Source of the DNA: Tetramitus jugosus
Lineage: Eukaryota > Protista > Heterolobosea
Length of the DNA stretch: 64,000 bases
Direction of reading: 5' to 3'
Assembly: GCA_937625935.1 (NCBI GenBank)
Contig: OW569346.1
Location: 124,001 to 188,000 of the forward strand
Shown: piece by piece, positions 22,041 to 33,068 of the stretch
Layout: each line of letters starts with the position of its first letter
Position numbering within the stretch: position 1 is the stretch's first letter
Position numbers and translations under genes: made by a program
The notes under the pieces: generated by a model
Told to the model about the DNA's origin: nothing
The model's database searches: none
Seen by the model: the letters and a program-made list of their open reading frames with translations, nothing else

Positions 22041-24622
22041 ATGGGCGCCTTTGTGAATCAATTCCTGATTTTGATTTACAAGAATTTGTTGCTCAAGATC
22101 AGACGACCATGGAGCACCATCATGGAGTTGTCCTTTCCGTTGCAACTCGTCCTACTCGTCTGGCTATTCACCGCATTTGGTTTCAATGTGCCCAAGCCTC
22201 AAGAGAGCTTTCCCACATTAGCTCCACAAGTTCCCTCATGGTGGTGGACCAGTCAAAACAACAACAAGGATGGTGGTAACAAAACAGCTCATGCAAAGGT
22301 GGCTCTCTCTGTTCTCGACACTGCTTCTCAATCGTTAAAGTCATCTGTTCCCTTTATTCGACAGTACATTGAAGATCATGCACCTGTTCAGGTGGTGTCT
22401 CTGCCAGAGAACACACCACAGGCCTATTGGGGCAATTATAAGCAATATGTGTCGCATATTGTTGTTCAAGGGTTGAACACTGGTGGTTCCACGGGTTTTG
22501 TCGATTCGATTGTCATTCAGAATCACACGGATATCACTGGTAATCAAACCATGGATTTTGTCAAGAGTGGACACATGTTGTTGGAGAATGTGTTGCAAGA
22601 GGCAATGATCAAGTACAAGTACAATGACAATCGCCCTCATGATGGATTCAAAATTCACTATCAGACAAGAGAGTTTCCAATCAAGGGTGACAATAGTTTG
22701 TTGTCCATTGTGACCAGTATCATGTATCCCATGTACTTTTCAATGAGTGTCATCAATTTGTTCTTGCCTCATTTGGTGCATCTGGTCACTGAAAAGAAGG
22801 AGAAGATTAAGTCTGGGTTGCAAATGATGGGATGTTCCATGGTTGCCTACAATTTATCATGGTACGTTGTCGCGTTCTTGCAAGCATTGATCATCTTATC
22901 TTCGACGACTGTGTTGGTGTATGCTGTGGGAATTTTCAAGTACACGAGTGCTTCCTTGTTTATGACAGTGTTCTTTTTGTACACGCAGTCGTTTATTCCC
23001 ATTGCCAATGCTTGCAGTTTGTTTTTTGTCGAACCAAAGTATGCATCCATGTTTGCCAATCTATCATTCTTGGTTATTGTGTTTGCGTGGATGCTTGTGA
23101 GACTCGTGTACTTTAACTTGTTGAAACCATCGCTATGGTATGTAGCAACGATTGCATGTAGAATGATCACCACCAGTTGAGTTAATACTAACTCGATTCA
23201 TATGAACACAGGGTACAATTGGCATTCAATTTATTTTCTCCATTTGCGTTTTGTGAGTTCATGTACCGATTGAGTTCATTGGAGTCTGCTGGGCAGTCTT
23301 TTGGGTGGTCTGACCTCGGTAGCTGGGATCAGTATTCGACGACCCACAACGTACTGTTTTTGATTATTGACTCCATCTTGTACACGATTGCTTCGTTGTA
23401 CTTGGAAAAGGTTGTTCCAACAGAGTATGGAACAGCAGAGTCCCCAGTTTTCTTCTTGAAACCATCATTTTGGTCAAAGGCCTTTTCGGCTGTTCGCTCT
23501 CAGCAACCGAGATCATATGGACAACTAGTGGACGAAGAAGAAGAATCGCAGCAAAATATTGAGCTATCTTCATTGGATAACAATGAAGATGATGAAAATG
23601 GCACGAATCACACGCGAACAACAGGAATTAAGATTAATCACTTAACAAAGGTGTTTAAGACCCGAAAAAGATTAATTTTCCAAGAAGAGAAGAAAGTTGT
23701 CAATGATTTATCGCTCAATATTAATGCCAATGAAATATTTGCTTTGCTTGGCGCGAACGGTGCAGGAAAAACTACGACAATTCGAATGCTCACAGGACTA
23801 GTACCACCAACCAGTGGAACGGCATATGTCAATGGTTTCGATATATCTGACGATATGGACTCTATTAGAAAGCAACTCGGTATTTGTCCCCAAGAAAATC
23901 TCATTTTTGAAAAACTTTCCGTTCAGGAGCATCTACGCATTTTCGGAGTGGTCAAGGGAGTCAATTTCCGTGATCTATCCGCAGAGATCAACACTCGATT
24001 GGAACAAGTAAATTTGCTTGAGGAGAAGAGTAAGAACGCAAGCGATCTAAGTGGTGGTATGAAACGGAGAATGTGCATTGCAATTGCATTGATTGGAAAA
24101 CCACGTGTCATTATTTTAGATGAGCCAACAACTGGTCTTGATCCTCTCTCGAGGCGATGCATTTGGGAGTTACTCCAGGAGACTAAAAAGAATTGTACGA
24201 TCATCCTCACGACTCATTCTATGGAGGAAGCTGACACACTAGCAGATGGAGGAATAGCTATTTTGAAGAAGGGAAAGCTCGAAGTTGCGGGCAGCAGCTT
24301 GTTTTTGAAGAATCACTATGGTATTGGCTATAATCTTCAACTAACGAAACAGGAAGGATGCGACGAGAGCACGATTGAAAATTTTGTTATCGAACACGTT
24401 CCAGAGGCTGAATTGAGACCAAAGGCGTCAGATAATCAGATGAACTTTATGTTGCCTTATAATTCAGTTGCCCGATTCCCACGATTCCTTCGAGCCTTGG
24501 AAACCGGACTAAGTGAACTCAGAATTGACAGTTATGGCTTAACACAAACGACACTGGAACAAGTGTTCCTCACCATCAACGCGGATATTTTAGAAGGAGC
24601 TGAATCTTCTGATTCGAGTTAA
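22041..24622 (+). CDS. ABCA-family half transporter (one TMD, one NBD); 2 exons
   Basis: QFLILIYKNLLLKIR N-terminus; EKKEKIKSGLQMMG; Walker A GANGAGKT; signature LSGGMKRR; ILDEPTTGLD; intron about 23138-23211. Confidence 0.9.
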
Positions 24623-24666
24623 CTGTCAGCACATGTACATAAAAATATGATACTTAATTATTGTAA

Positions 24667-25791
24667 CTAAAGACATAGAGATCCCTTGAGAACGGTGACA
24701 GCGTACCCTCTCATGTACATTCGATTCGTCTTGTTCTCCTCCTTTGCTAACTCCAACCATAACTCTCCTTCTCTCGTGGATGCTTGAAATGCTCTCACAA
24801 TCTCTATTCCCAATTGTTTTGTCCAATAGCCAACGAGAACAGTGTGACTGGCACCGTTGACTGGATCTTCTGGGATACCTAACCAAGGAGCAAAATACCT
24901 TGTTGCGCAGTCATACTTTGCTTTGGTACCATCGTCCGTAGAGAACTTTTCTAACCACAACTCATCACTGGCAACATTCTCACGGCTCGGTGTGCACGTG
25001 ACAATTACTCCCTTGAAAACATCAACGTACTCCTTCGGGATTGTGTTGATCTCCAACAGCAGAGATCCAATTGAGTTGCTATCAGAACTCATCAAAAATA
25101 GTAAATCAGCACAAGATACATGCAACAAGAGCTTTCTGGTTCGACGACAGAATTCAACATCTACCACGAAATGGTCAACAAAATCCCATTGATCCACATC
25201 TTGTACCAAGAGCTCTTCAGGTCTCGCTCTCGGAAGTTGTTGTAGCTTCTCAACTCCAACAGACTTCAGATTGAAACATCTCCAAAATATGTCAGAAATA
25301 ATAGCTCTAAATGGAGAAGAATGACTCAAAAACTCTTCCTTGACATTGTAGGCTTCACCACGAGGAAAATCCATCTGAAGCATTCCATCGCTCAATCTCT
25401 GAACACGCAATTCACCAGACATGTCATTGTGGAAAACCAACTCCTGCACCCCATCGTTCGCAATATTCTCAAACACATAGTGTGAAGTGCCAAGTGTCGC
25501 ATGTCCGCACAAAGGAACCTCTACAGTCGGAGTAAACCAACGGAGCCCGAAATGTTTCACCTTTTCATCGTGGCTGCAGTTGTCGTAAGGCAGAAGAAAT
25601 GCGGTTTCGCTAAGGTTCATTTCGCGCGCAATTAATTGGTACGCTCTCCCGCCATGTTGAGAAACGTTAAACTCTTCAAATTGAGCAAATCGTTTTGGGT
25701 CTGACAGATCACAGACAGCAGCAGGATTGCCACCAAAAGATCTTCTGGTGAAGGCATCGACAGTAAAGGTTGGAATTTCAAACTTGGTCAT
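24667..25791 (-). CDS. PhzF/PBLD-family isomerase
   Basis: VDAFT...GNPAAV, EMNLSETAF, LRWFTPTVEVPLCGHATL, RYFAPWLGIPEDPVNGASH. Confidence 0.93.
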   Translation of the reverse strand: MTKFEIPTFTVDAFTRRSFGGNPAAVCDLSDPKRFAQFEEFNVSQHGGRAYQLIAREMNLSETAFLLPYDNCSHDEKVKHFGLRWFTPTVEVPLCGHATLGTSHYVFENIANDGVQELVFHNDMSGELRVQRLSDGMLQMDFPRGEAYNVKEEFLSHSSPFRAIISDIFWRCFNLKSVGVEKLQQLPRARPEELLVQDVDQWDFVDHFVVDVEFCRRTRKLLLHVSCADLLFLMSSDSNSIGSLLLEINTIPKEYVDVFKGVIVTCTPSRENVASDELWLEKFSTDDGTKAKYDCATRYFAPWLGIPEDPVNGASHTVLVGYWTKQLGIEIVRAFQASTREGELWLELAKEENKTNRMYMRGYAVTVLKGSLCL

Positions 25792-26064
25792 GCTTGCTTC
25801 TTGATCAAGTAGGTATGTGATTTCTTTGCTTTTTTTTGTGTTGGATGTTAAGGTCGGAGTGAGTACCTGAAGTTACAACGTGTATCATCGAGCTCTCCTT
25901 TTGTAGATGTTACCGTTTGCACGAAACTTGACGAACTGATCGAGTTTCTATTCCTGGTCTATTTGTGTCCTTTTCCAGGAAGGAGTTGGGAATATTGTCG
26001 CGTACAATTTTGTATTATTCCTGCTCAAAAATCGAAACACTTCAGCGGCAAAAACGCAATACAC

Positions 26065-28541
26065 ATGTCCCTCCGAGGAAGAGAGAGCAGCCACTCTGTC
26101 ATGATCAATGCCATCAATTCAGAACATGCTGTCTCTCATTCACCAAACCTAAAGCAAACAACAGGAGAAGAGAATGAAAGAAGACACTCTGACGATACAA
26201 TCAACCCTGAAGAACAAATAGAAGAGGACTTCTTTCCTAATGATCCTAGAGAAGTCTCTATTATCACTGATAATGATCATCACGCATCTTGGTGTAACAT
26301 CTATGAACCAAGTACGAAGAAAGGAAGACAAGGATGTGTTTGTGTTGCGTTAAAGATGTTTCGATTCTCTTGGAGTTTTCGGGTCGTTTTCCTAGTCACT
26401 CTACTGACCTCTCTAGTCGTAGTCGGGATATCACTTTGGTTGTTCAATCATTTTATCATTCGTCGAGGTGTGAGACAGGTGGCCAAGTCTCAAAGCGAGC
26501 AATTGACTCTCCGAGTGCTGCGCCATGTTCGAGATTACGTGACAGCGGGACCCTTGGTTGTTCAGACCATTATCAGGGATATGCAATGGGGAGACCTGTC
26601 TGGTCTTAACTTTAGTGACTCTAGAAATAAGAAGAGTCGAAAAATTCAAGAACTATTCGTTTTGAGTCAACTGCAGTTCAACCACAAAATCACAACAATA
26701 TTCTTCGCAACTCATTACAACTACCTAACGGGGGTAATGGTCAATGACAATGGAAGAATTCCTCCTCAGAGGTTCATATTGGGTATTTCGAATGGAGAAG
26801 GAAGATTATCACATTATCCAATGAATAACATGATGGATGTGGCTCCTAGGGCTCATTTTGATCCTGGATACTTCCCAACCAAACGTTCTTGGTATGTGGC
26901 AGCAAAGCAAACTGGTGCGATTCAGTGGGGTCAGGTCTTTTTCACCATAACAAAGCCACCTTATCTGGCAGTGGCAGTGTCAGGGCCATACTTTGATGTG
27001 CATAATGGAAGTCTAATTGGTGTCTTAACCGCTGCAATCAACCTTCCTACGATTTCTGTCTTCTTGGAATCTCTCGTTTGTTTTCCGGAGACAAGATTGT
27101 ACATTATGCAGAGTGATATGATACTAGTTGCAGTGAACAGGGGCAATCTTACAAATGATACAGATCCTAACAATCCTCAGATGGTTGATGCAAGAAACAG
27201 CACAGATTTTGTGATTCGCGAGTCAGCCGAGATTATCATTGATGCTTTAGGCGTACCTTTGATCGTGGATGATAGAAAACTCGTTGATTTAGGTTTCATT
27301 GATTCTACAGGTAAGAAGAGACAAATCTCATTAATTGGAATCAAGGATGATTTTGGGCTCAGTTGGACCTTAGTATCAGTGATATCAGAGGGAGTTGTTT
27401 TGAAGGTTGTTCACGAATCAGATCGAGTCTTGGTCATTGTGACTGTTTGCACTATCGTTGGAGCTCTTCTGATTGCTCTCTTCACCAGCATACTGATATC
27501 TGTTCCATTGTATGAAGTTGCAAGCGAGTTTCAAAAAATCACCGAGATGAACTTTAGGAGTAGAAAGAAGATCCATTCTCTTCAGTTCTTTGAGAGTGAA
27601 GTCATGATAGAATCCATTAACCAATTGAAGAATGGATTGCGATGTTTTGATGCATATGTTCCTTCAGATGTTGTTCGAGTGTTGATGTCAAGAAATGCGA
27701 GTGCTCAACTTGGTGTTGTGAGAAGAAGAATGACAATTGTATTTATCGAAACAAAATTCGAGGATGAGAAAGGTTTTTCACCAAAGCTTCTTGTGGATAC
27801 GTTGCAAATCTTGTTCACTTGCTTCTCTCAAATTGTGGCTGATGAAGGAGGAGTTGTGGATAAGTATCTAGCTGAAGGAATCATGTGTCTTTTCAATGCA
27901 CCATTGAGCATTGATGATCAAGAATTCAGATCAATTCGGTCATGTTGTAAAATATCTCAAAGAATGAAGGAGCTGAATCGAGAGTGGACAGACAAGGGTC
28001 AACCCAACATATCCCTTCAAATTGGAGTGAACACGGATCTGTGCTATGTAGGAAATGTGGGAAGTCGATCTCGAGTCAATTATACAGCCCTGGGAGATGC
28101 AGTCAATGTGGCCAGTCGTTTAATGTCACTTAACAAACAATATGATACATCAATGATGATTGGTCCCAAAACAAAACAAGCAGTCCAAGATCACTATGTT
28201 TGTCGATGGATTTCTTTTGTCTGTGTCAAAGGAAAATCTCAGCCCAGTATGTCATTTCTCTCCTTTTTCTTTCTTGTAACATTGATCATCATTCTAAATC
28301 ATTATTAGTTCACGTATTTGAAGTATTGTCAGAAAGAGACACAGCGTCAGACAAGCAACAAGGACTGGAGAGTCTCACATCTCAGGTGAGTCAATTCATT
28401 GAAGAGAACGAACTAAATTCTGCTCACTCCTTGGTTTTGGAATTGTTGTCAGAGTACCCCAGGGACAAGGCATTGATCGAATTGAGAGAAAGGCTCGAAG
28501 ATCCAAACTTTTGTCCCTACGTGGAAGTTGGTAGTAAATAG
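26065..28541 (+). CDS. Receptor-type class III nucleotide cyclase (TM-Cache-TM-HAMP-cyclase), degenerate metal site; 2 exons
   Basis: Cache motif PTKRSWYVAA; YVPSDVV; VGNVGSRSRVNYTALGDAVNVASRL; VKGKSQP; intron 28247-28307 joins to IHVFEVL; start codon uncertain. Confidence 0.85.
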
Positions 28542-28623
28542 GAACTACCACAAGTTGTCATTAAATAGGAACGTAAACACTCTTTAAAAATCTACAGGCG
28601 AATACACAGTGCAAGTTTTTTAA

Positions 28624-29052
28624 TCAATATCGATACTTTGTCGAGTAATCCTTGAGTGAGATGACAAGACCCTTGCCCTTTCTCGCACCAGAATACACTG
28701 TCTCTATAATATCAATCATCTCCTGCTTGTCATCAATTGCAAAATTAATCTTATTGTTGTTACCAGTGCCCAAATCGATCATAATGTGCTTATTTCGATA
28801 AAAGAACATGACAGTGCACGGATCATACAACTCGTACATGTCATTAAATTCACTCACTTGATCCAGATCAACCAAATAAATGACTGCCATATTCTTGACC
28901 AATTCAGCAATTTTGGACAAGGTTTCATCCATTTCCATGCAAGTCGTGTCATGGTCACGACCAAAACGAAGCACAACCACTCGTTCTTCCTCTTGGAGAA
29001 TTGCTTGATCCACTGCCCAACCAGAGTTTAAATGTGGAAGCAAATAGGACAT
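28624..29052 (-). CDS. TXNL4A: Spliceosomal U5-15kD thioredoxin-like protein Dim1
   Basis: MSYLLPHL...DQAILQEEERVVVLRFG...MYELYDPCTVMFF...DYSTKYRY; canonical 142-aa length. Confidence 0.98.
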   Translation of the reverse strand: MSYLLPHLNSGWAVDQAILQEEERVVVLRFGRDHDTTCMEMDETLSKIAELVKNMAVIYLVDLDQVSEFNDMYELYDPCTVMFFYRNKHIMIDLGTGNNNKINFAIDDKQEMIDIIETVYSGARKGKGLVISLKDYSTKYRY

Positions 29053-29198
29053 GTTACTTCAACAACAACAACAACAGCATCAACAACCAGCAAGTCACGC
29101 TCTCTGTTCAATTTTCTGTCGCACCGAATGGAAAGCGAAAGTGAAGCTTTCTCGTTGAACGTTTTTTTTCCTTTTTTTTGGGCGCCAAAACAAAATTG

Positions 29199-31358
29199 AT
29201 GTGCAATCTCCGATTGCTTCCTGTCAAATCAGCCTTGATCGAAAAACCAACAAGCAACAAGTTCATGTTGAGAACGAAATTGCACCACCACTTTACGAAC
29301 AACAAACAACATCGAATATTGACATCATCATCATCACCTCTCATTCCAACAATCAACAACATGCTGACGACATCACCATCAGTCAAAAGAGTCAAGCTCT
29401 ATCACAACAGTCCATCAACATCACAACATGACGACCAACAACATCAAGCAGCAAACAATGACTACACGCTGTACAATTATTGGAGAACAGACAGTGTCAA
29501 TAACCCTGTTTGGGGCATTCGAAAAAACACCCCGGCTATTTCTCCTTCAATCTCGGAGAAATCACAACTTTTCTCCGATCGTTTCTCTTTTCATTCTTCA
29601 TTGTTGCAGGTACAAGACAGTGGTGCAAAGATCCAACCCATGCTCCTCGTAGGCGAATGTCAAGAAGCTCTGCACAAACAACAACAAGAGGACCATGCCA
29701 GAATTTTGGCGGGACAAGAAGTTTACAATATTTACATTACGGAGCACGAACAATCGATTTTTGATTTTTTGTTGGAGGTGAATCAGAGATTTGAGATGAA
29801 TACTGTGTTGAGAGTGGCTGGTGGTTGGGTGAGAAACAAGTTGCTTCACATGAGTGGAGATGACATTGATATTGCATTGGACAATTGCATGGGCATTCAA
29901 TTTGCTGAAAAAGTGTTGCAATATGAGAAGGAGAAGGACATGCCTGATCAGTATAGGAGTATTGGTTTGATTAGTGCGAATCCGGATCAGTCCAAGCATT
30001 TGGAAACGGCAACGACTCACATTTTTGGAGAATCGATTGATTTTGTCAATTTGAGGTGCGAAGAGTACGCTGAAGACAGTGACAATCGAATTCCGCATGC
30101 AATCAGAGTAGGAACAGCAGAAGAGGATGCCTACCGAAGAGATTTGACCATTAATTCCATGTTTTACAATGTGAATGAAGCCAAAGTGGAGGATTTCACG
30201 GGAAGGGGAGTGGATGATCTAAAGAAGGGAATTGTGAGAACACCACTGCCACCTCTCAAGACATTTTTGGATGATCCATTGCGTGTGTTGCGAGCGGTTC
30301 GATTTGCTGCTTTCTTTAATTTTGTTGTGGCGGATGAGTTGATTCAATCGGCAAGGAATCCGCTTGTGGCAAAGGCGCTCTCAGAAAAGGTGAGCAGAGA
30401 AAGAATTGGTATTGAACTGGGCAAGGTGTTGCAAGGACCGGATCCCGTCGGTGCCTTTGCTCTCTTTAGAGAGATGGGTGTGGAGCATATTGTCTTTGCT
30501 CTCTCTGGTAACATTCCAAAGACACGCAAACAACTTCGTGTGTTTGAAAATCCTGTATCTATCGTGTGGAGTGACAAGGAATGGGATAATGCTCTCTTCC
30601 GCATGAGATTTGTGTTCAGATGCGCACTAGAGAGCAACTTTACAAGCGAACAACGAGCCAAGCTAGTCTTGTCTGCATTCCTCTCGAACATTGTTCCACA
30701 AGACTGTTTCCATGACGCTTCCAAGGACCACTTTTTCCAAGTGTCTGACAAATTGGAACTTTGGTGTGAGAACTTGATTTGTACTTCGTTGAAGCAGTCT
30801 CAACAATATGCAAAGGATGTTTGTTCAATTATTCATGGTGCACATGTGCTCAGCAGATTCCTACTCAAGAATGAACAAAATGTGAATAACTGGTCTGACA
30901 GATACGCAGTGCATGTGCACAACAATTTGTTCTCTCTCGCAAGTTGGTTGCGAACTGTCAAGAACATGTTTCCTTCAGCTTGCTTCCTATCAACTGTCTA
31001 CAACACTACAGGTATAGAGTTCGATGAAAGAAAGAATATATACTATGTGGATCAGCAAAGTCATGGTGAAGAGATGATGCGAGCATTGCATGCAGCTTGT
31101 GGAGGACGTCTACTCGAAGTGATTAGTATGACCTATGTGCTCAATGGAAGAGAGATTCCAGAAATTGCCAAGGTCAAACCAGGAACCATTTTAACATACA
31201 TTAATCGAGAGCTAATGAACTGGCAGCTGCAAAATATTGTTGCCTTGTTCCAGATGAATGAGGAGCAGAGGAAAGCGACAGCCAAAGAGTGGCTCGAATC
31301 TCAGGCCACCCGTTTCCAACAATTAGCAGAGGAGCTCAATGCTCAGAAAAAGAAATAA
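29199..31358 (+). CDS. CCA1: tRNA nucleotidyltransferase (CCA-adding enzyme, fungal/plant type)
   Basis: RVAGGWVR, DDIDIALD, NPDQSKHLETA, DFVNLR, EDAYRRDLTIN, DDPLRVLRAVRF, SRERIGIEL; several candidate starts in a long N-terminal extension. Confidence 0.9.
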   Translation: MCNLRLLPVKSALIEKPTSNKFMLRTKLHHHFTNNKQHRILTSSSSPLIPTINNMLTTSPSVKRVKLYHNSPSTSQHDDQQHQAANNDYTLYNYWRTDSVNNPVWGIRKNTPAISPSISEKSQLFSDRFSFHSSLLQVQDSGAKIQPMLLVGECQEALHKQQQEDHARILAGQEVYNIYITEHEQSIFDFLLEVNQRFEMNTVLRVAGGWVRNKLLHMSGDDIDIALDNCMGIQFAEKVLQYEKEKDMPDQYRSIGLISANPDQSKHLETATTHIFGESIDFVNLRCEEYAEDSDNRIPHAIRVGTAEEDAYRRDLTINSMFYNVNEAKVEDFTGRGVDDLKKGIVRTPLPPLKTFLDDPLRVLRAVRFAAFFNFVVADELIQSARNPLVAKALSEKVSRERIGIELGKVLQGPDPVGAFALFREMGVEHIVFALSGNIPKTRKQLRVFENPVSIVWSDKEWDNALFRMRFVFRCALESNFTSEQRAKLVLSAFLSNIVPQDCFHDASKDHFFQVSDKLELWCENLICTSLKQSQQYAKDVCSIIHGAHVLSRFLLKNEQNVNNWSDRYAVHVHNNLFSLASWLRTVKNMFPSACFLSTVYNTTGIEFDERKNIYYVDQQSHGEEMMRALHAACGGRLLEVISMTYVLNGREIPEIAKVKPGTILTYINRELMNWQLQNIVALFQMNEEQRKATAKEWLESQATRFQQLAEELNAQKKK

Positions 31359-31408
31359 AACAGGTCACTAAATGTGAATTAGTTAACATTCAGTCAACCG
31401 AAAAAAAA

Positions 31409-32681
31409 ATGCGCCAACACATTCTGATCATAGGCAATCACTCATTGTTCCGTGTGGAGAACAGACTGGGACAACTTCAATTAAAAAAAGATGTGGCTCA
31501 TCTCCCTCTTCCATCCGCACTGTTATCTAGTCAAGAGCAACTTGACACACACGACGATTGCTCTGCGATTGGTGAGGGCATAGAGTATTTGACTCATTTG
31601 GCATGTGGTGAAAACTTTATTGTCACGTGCACAAATCACAACCGGTTGTTTGGCATAGGGCAATCAGATTTCTTTGAGTTTATGAGTGAACGGGCAGCCA
31701 ATTTGCATGCCACAGAGTGGATAGAGGTAGATTTAGGTGAAGATTTATCCGAGGTGCTGTGTTCATCACCAGAGAATCGAATCACGAAACTTGTCTGTGG
31801 AGGTGAATGTGTTTATGTCGTGGTGAAGGATAAATGGGTGTTTAGTCGTGGATCGAACAGTGATGGACAATTGGGGATTGGTGATATACTCGGTAATAGG
31901 TGTGATGTGTTTACACTGGTGAGTGAGTTTATGAACAAGAGTAATGGTTGTGATGAAGAAAGATCGAGGATCACTCATATGAAGGCAGGTCATTATCATG
32001 CGTGCCTGGTTGTCGATTACAAAATCTTCTTCTCAACAGGATACAACAGTTGTGGACAATTGGGAATTGATACCATTTGGGGATCAAAGACAAAGTTTAC
32101 TCATGTTACGTCCCTTAATTTAGATGATGGAGAATTGATTCAGGATATTGGCTTGGGTGGTGCTCACACTGCTGTTCTCACTACGAGAGGGAGACTGTTT
32201 ACAGTCGGATGGAATTCTTATGGTGAATTAGCTGATGGTTCCAATCTCTAGGGCCTCATGGCATCTTGTCAGTGTACCCTTCTTCATTTCAAAGCTATTC
32301 GTCGATGCAAAAGCAAATCGAACGCTAATCATGCCTCGTGACGATTCACTAATTTATGGTGCTGGATCTATGATGAAAAACTCATATCTCAACATGACTT
32401 CCTTGAAAATTCCAAACGTTGTTGCCCATAACAGCCAAGTCGAGGTACGGGGACACAGAAGATCAATGTATGCGATCTATGATCGATCCTTTGTGCATGG
32501 ATTGTCACCGCCGAGAAAGTATCTGGATCTGCGTCCGATACATATGAGGGTTACACACTTAGAAGCAGGAAACTCCTTTCTGGCAGCAATAATCAGTTCA
32601 GAGGTTCGCTCTGCATACCCATTGTTGATTCATCGAATGAAGGATCACAAATTTTCAGATGTTTCATTCCTGTTCACCTAA
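31409..32681 (+). pseudogene. RCC1-repeat protein interrupted by a frameshift near 32240-32251
   Basis: RCC1 repeats (GSNSDGQLG, GYNSCGQLG, GWNSYGELA); the repeat continues in another frame (ISRASWHLV...) to C-terminal KFSDVSFLFT. Confidence 0.6.
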
Positions 32682-33068
32682 AAGTAATATTCTGAGAGAT
32701 GCTGGTTTAACGCTGTTGGTTTATACTTGTCGGCCAGACATGAGTGTAAGTTTGAAACACATTAGGTGAAATCCAATCACATTGTTTCTGCAGCACAGGT
32801 CAGGTTTCCACAGTATAGAAGAGTCGAGCAAGTTGCATAGCCAACGAGAGCAACTATGAAAATAAGTGGGAGAGTTTTCATTGCTAGCACAAGTGATTCG
32901 GGAATGTTCGTGCAACAATGATCGCTGGTGAGGAGAAATTGCAGAGAGTTCGAGGCACAAAGAACAGGCGTTACGCCTCGTCTGCCCTCAAACCTTTCTT
33001 TATTGGGCACCTTCAAGCGGGGACAACAAAAAACCGTAGAGGCTAACATTCATTCTCGACAGCAAAGA

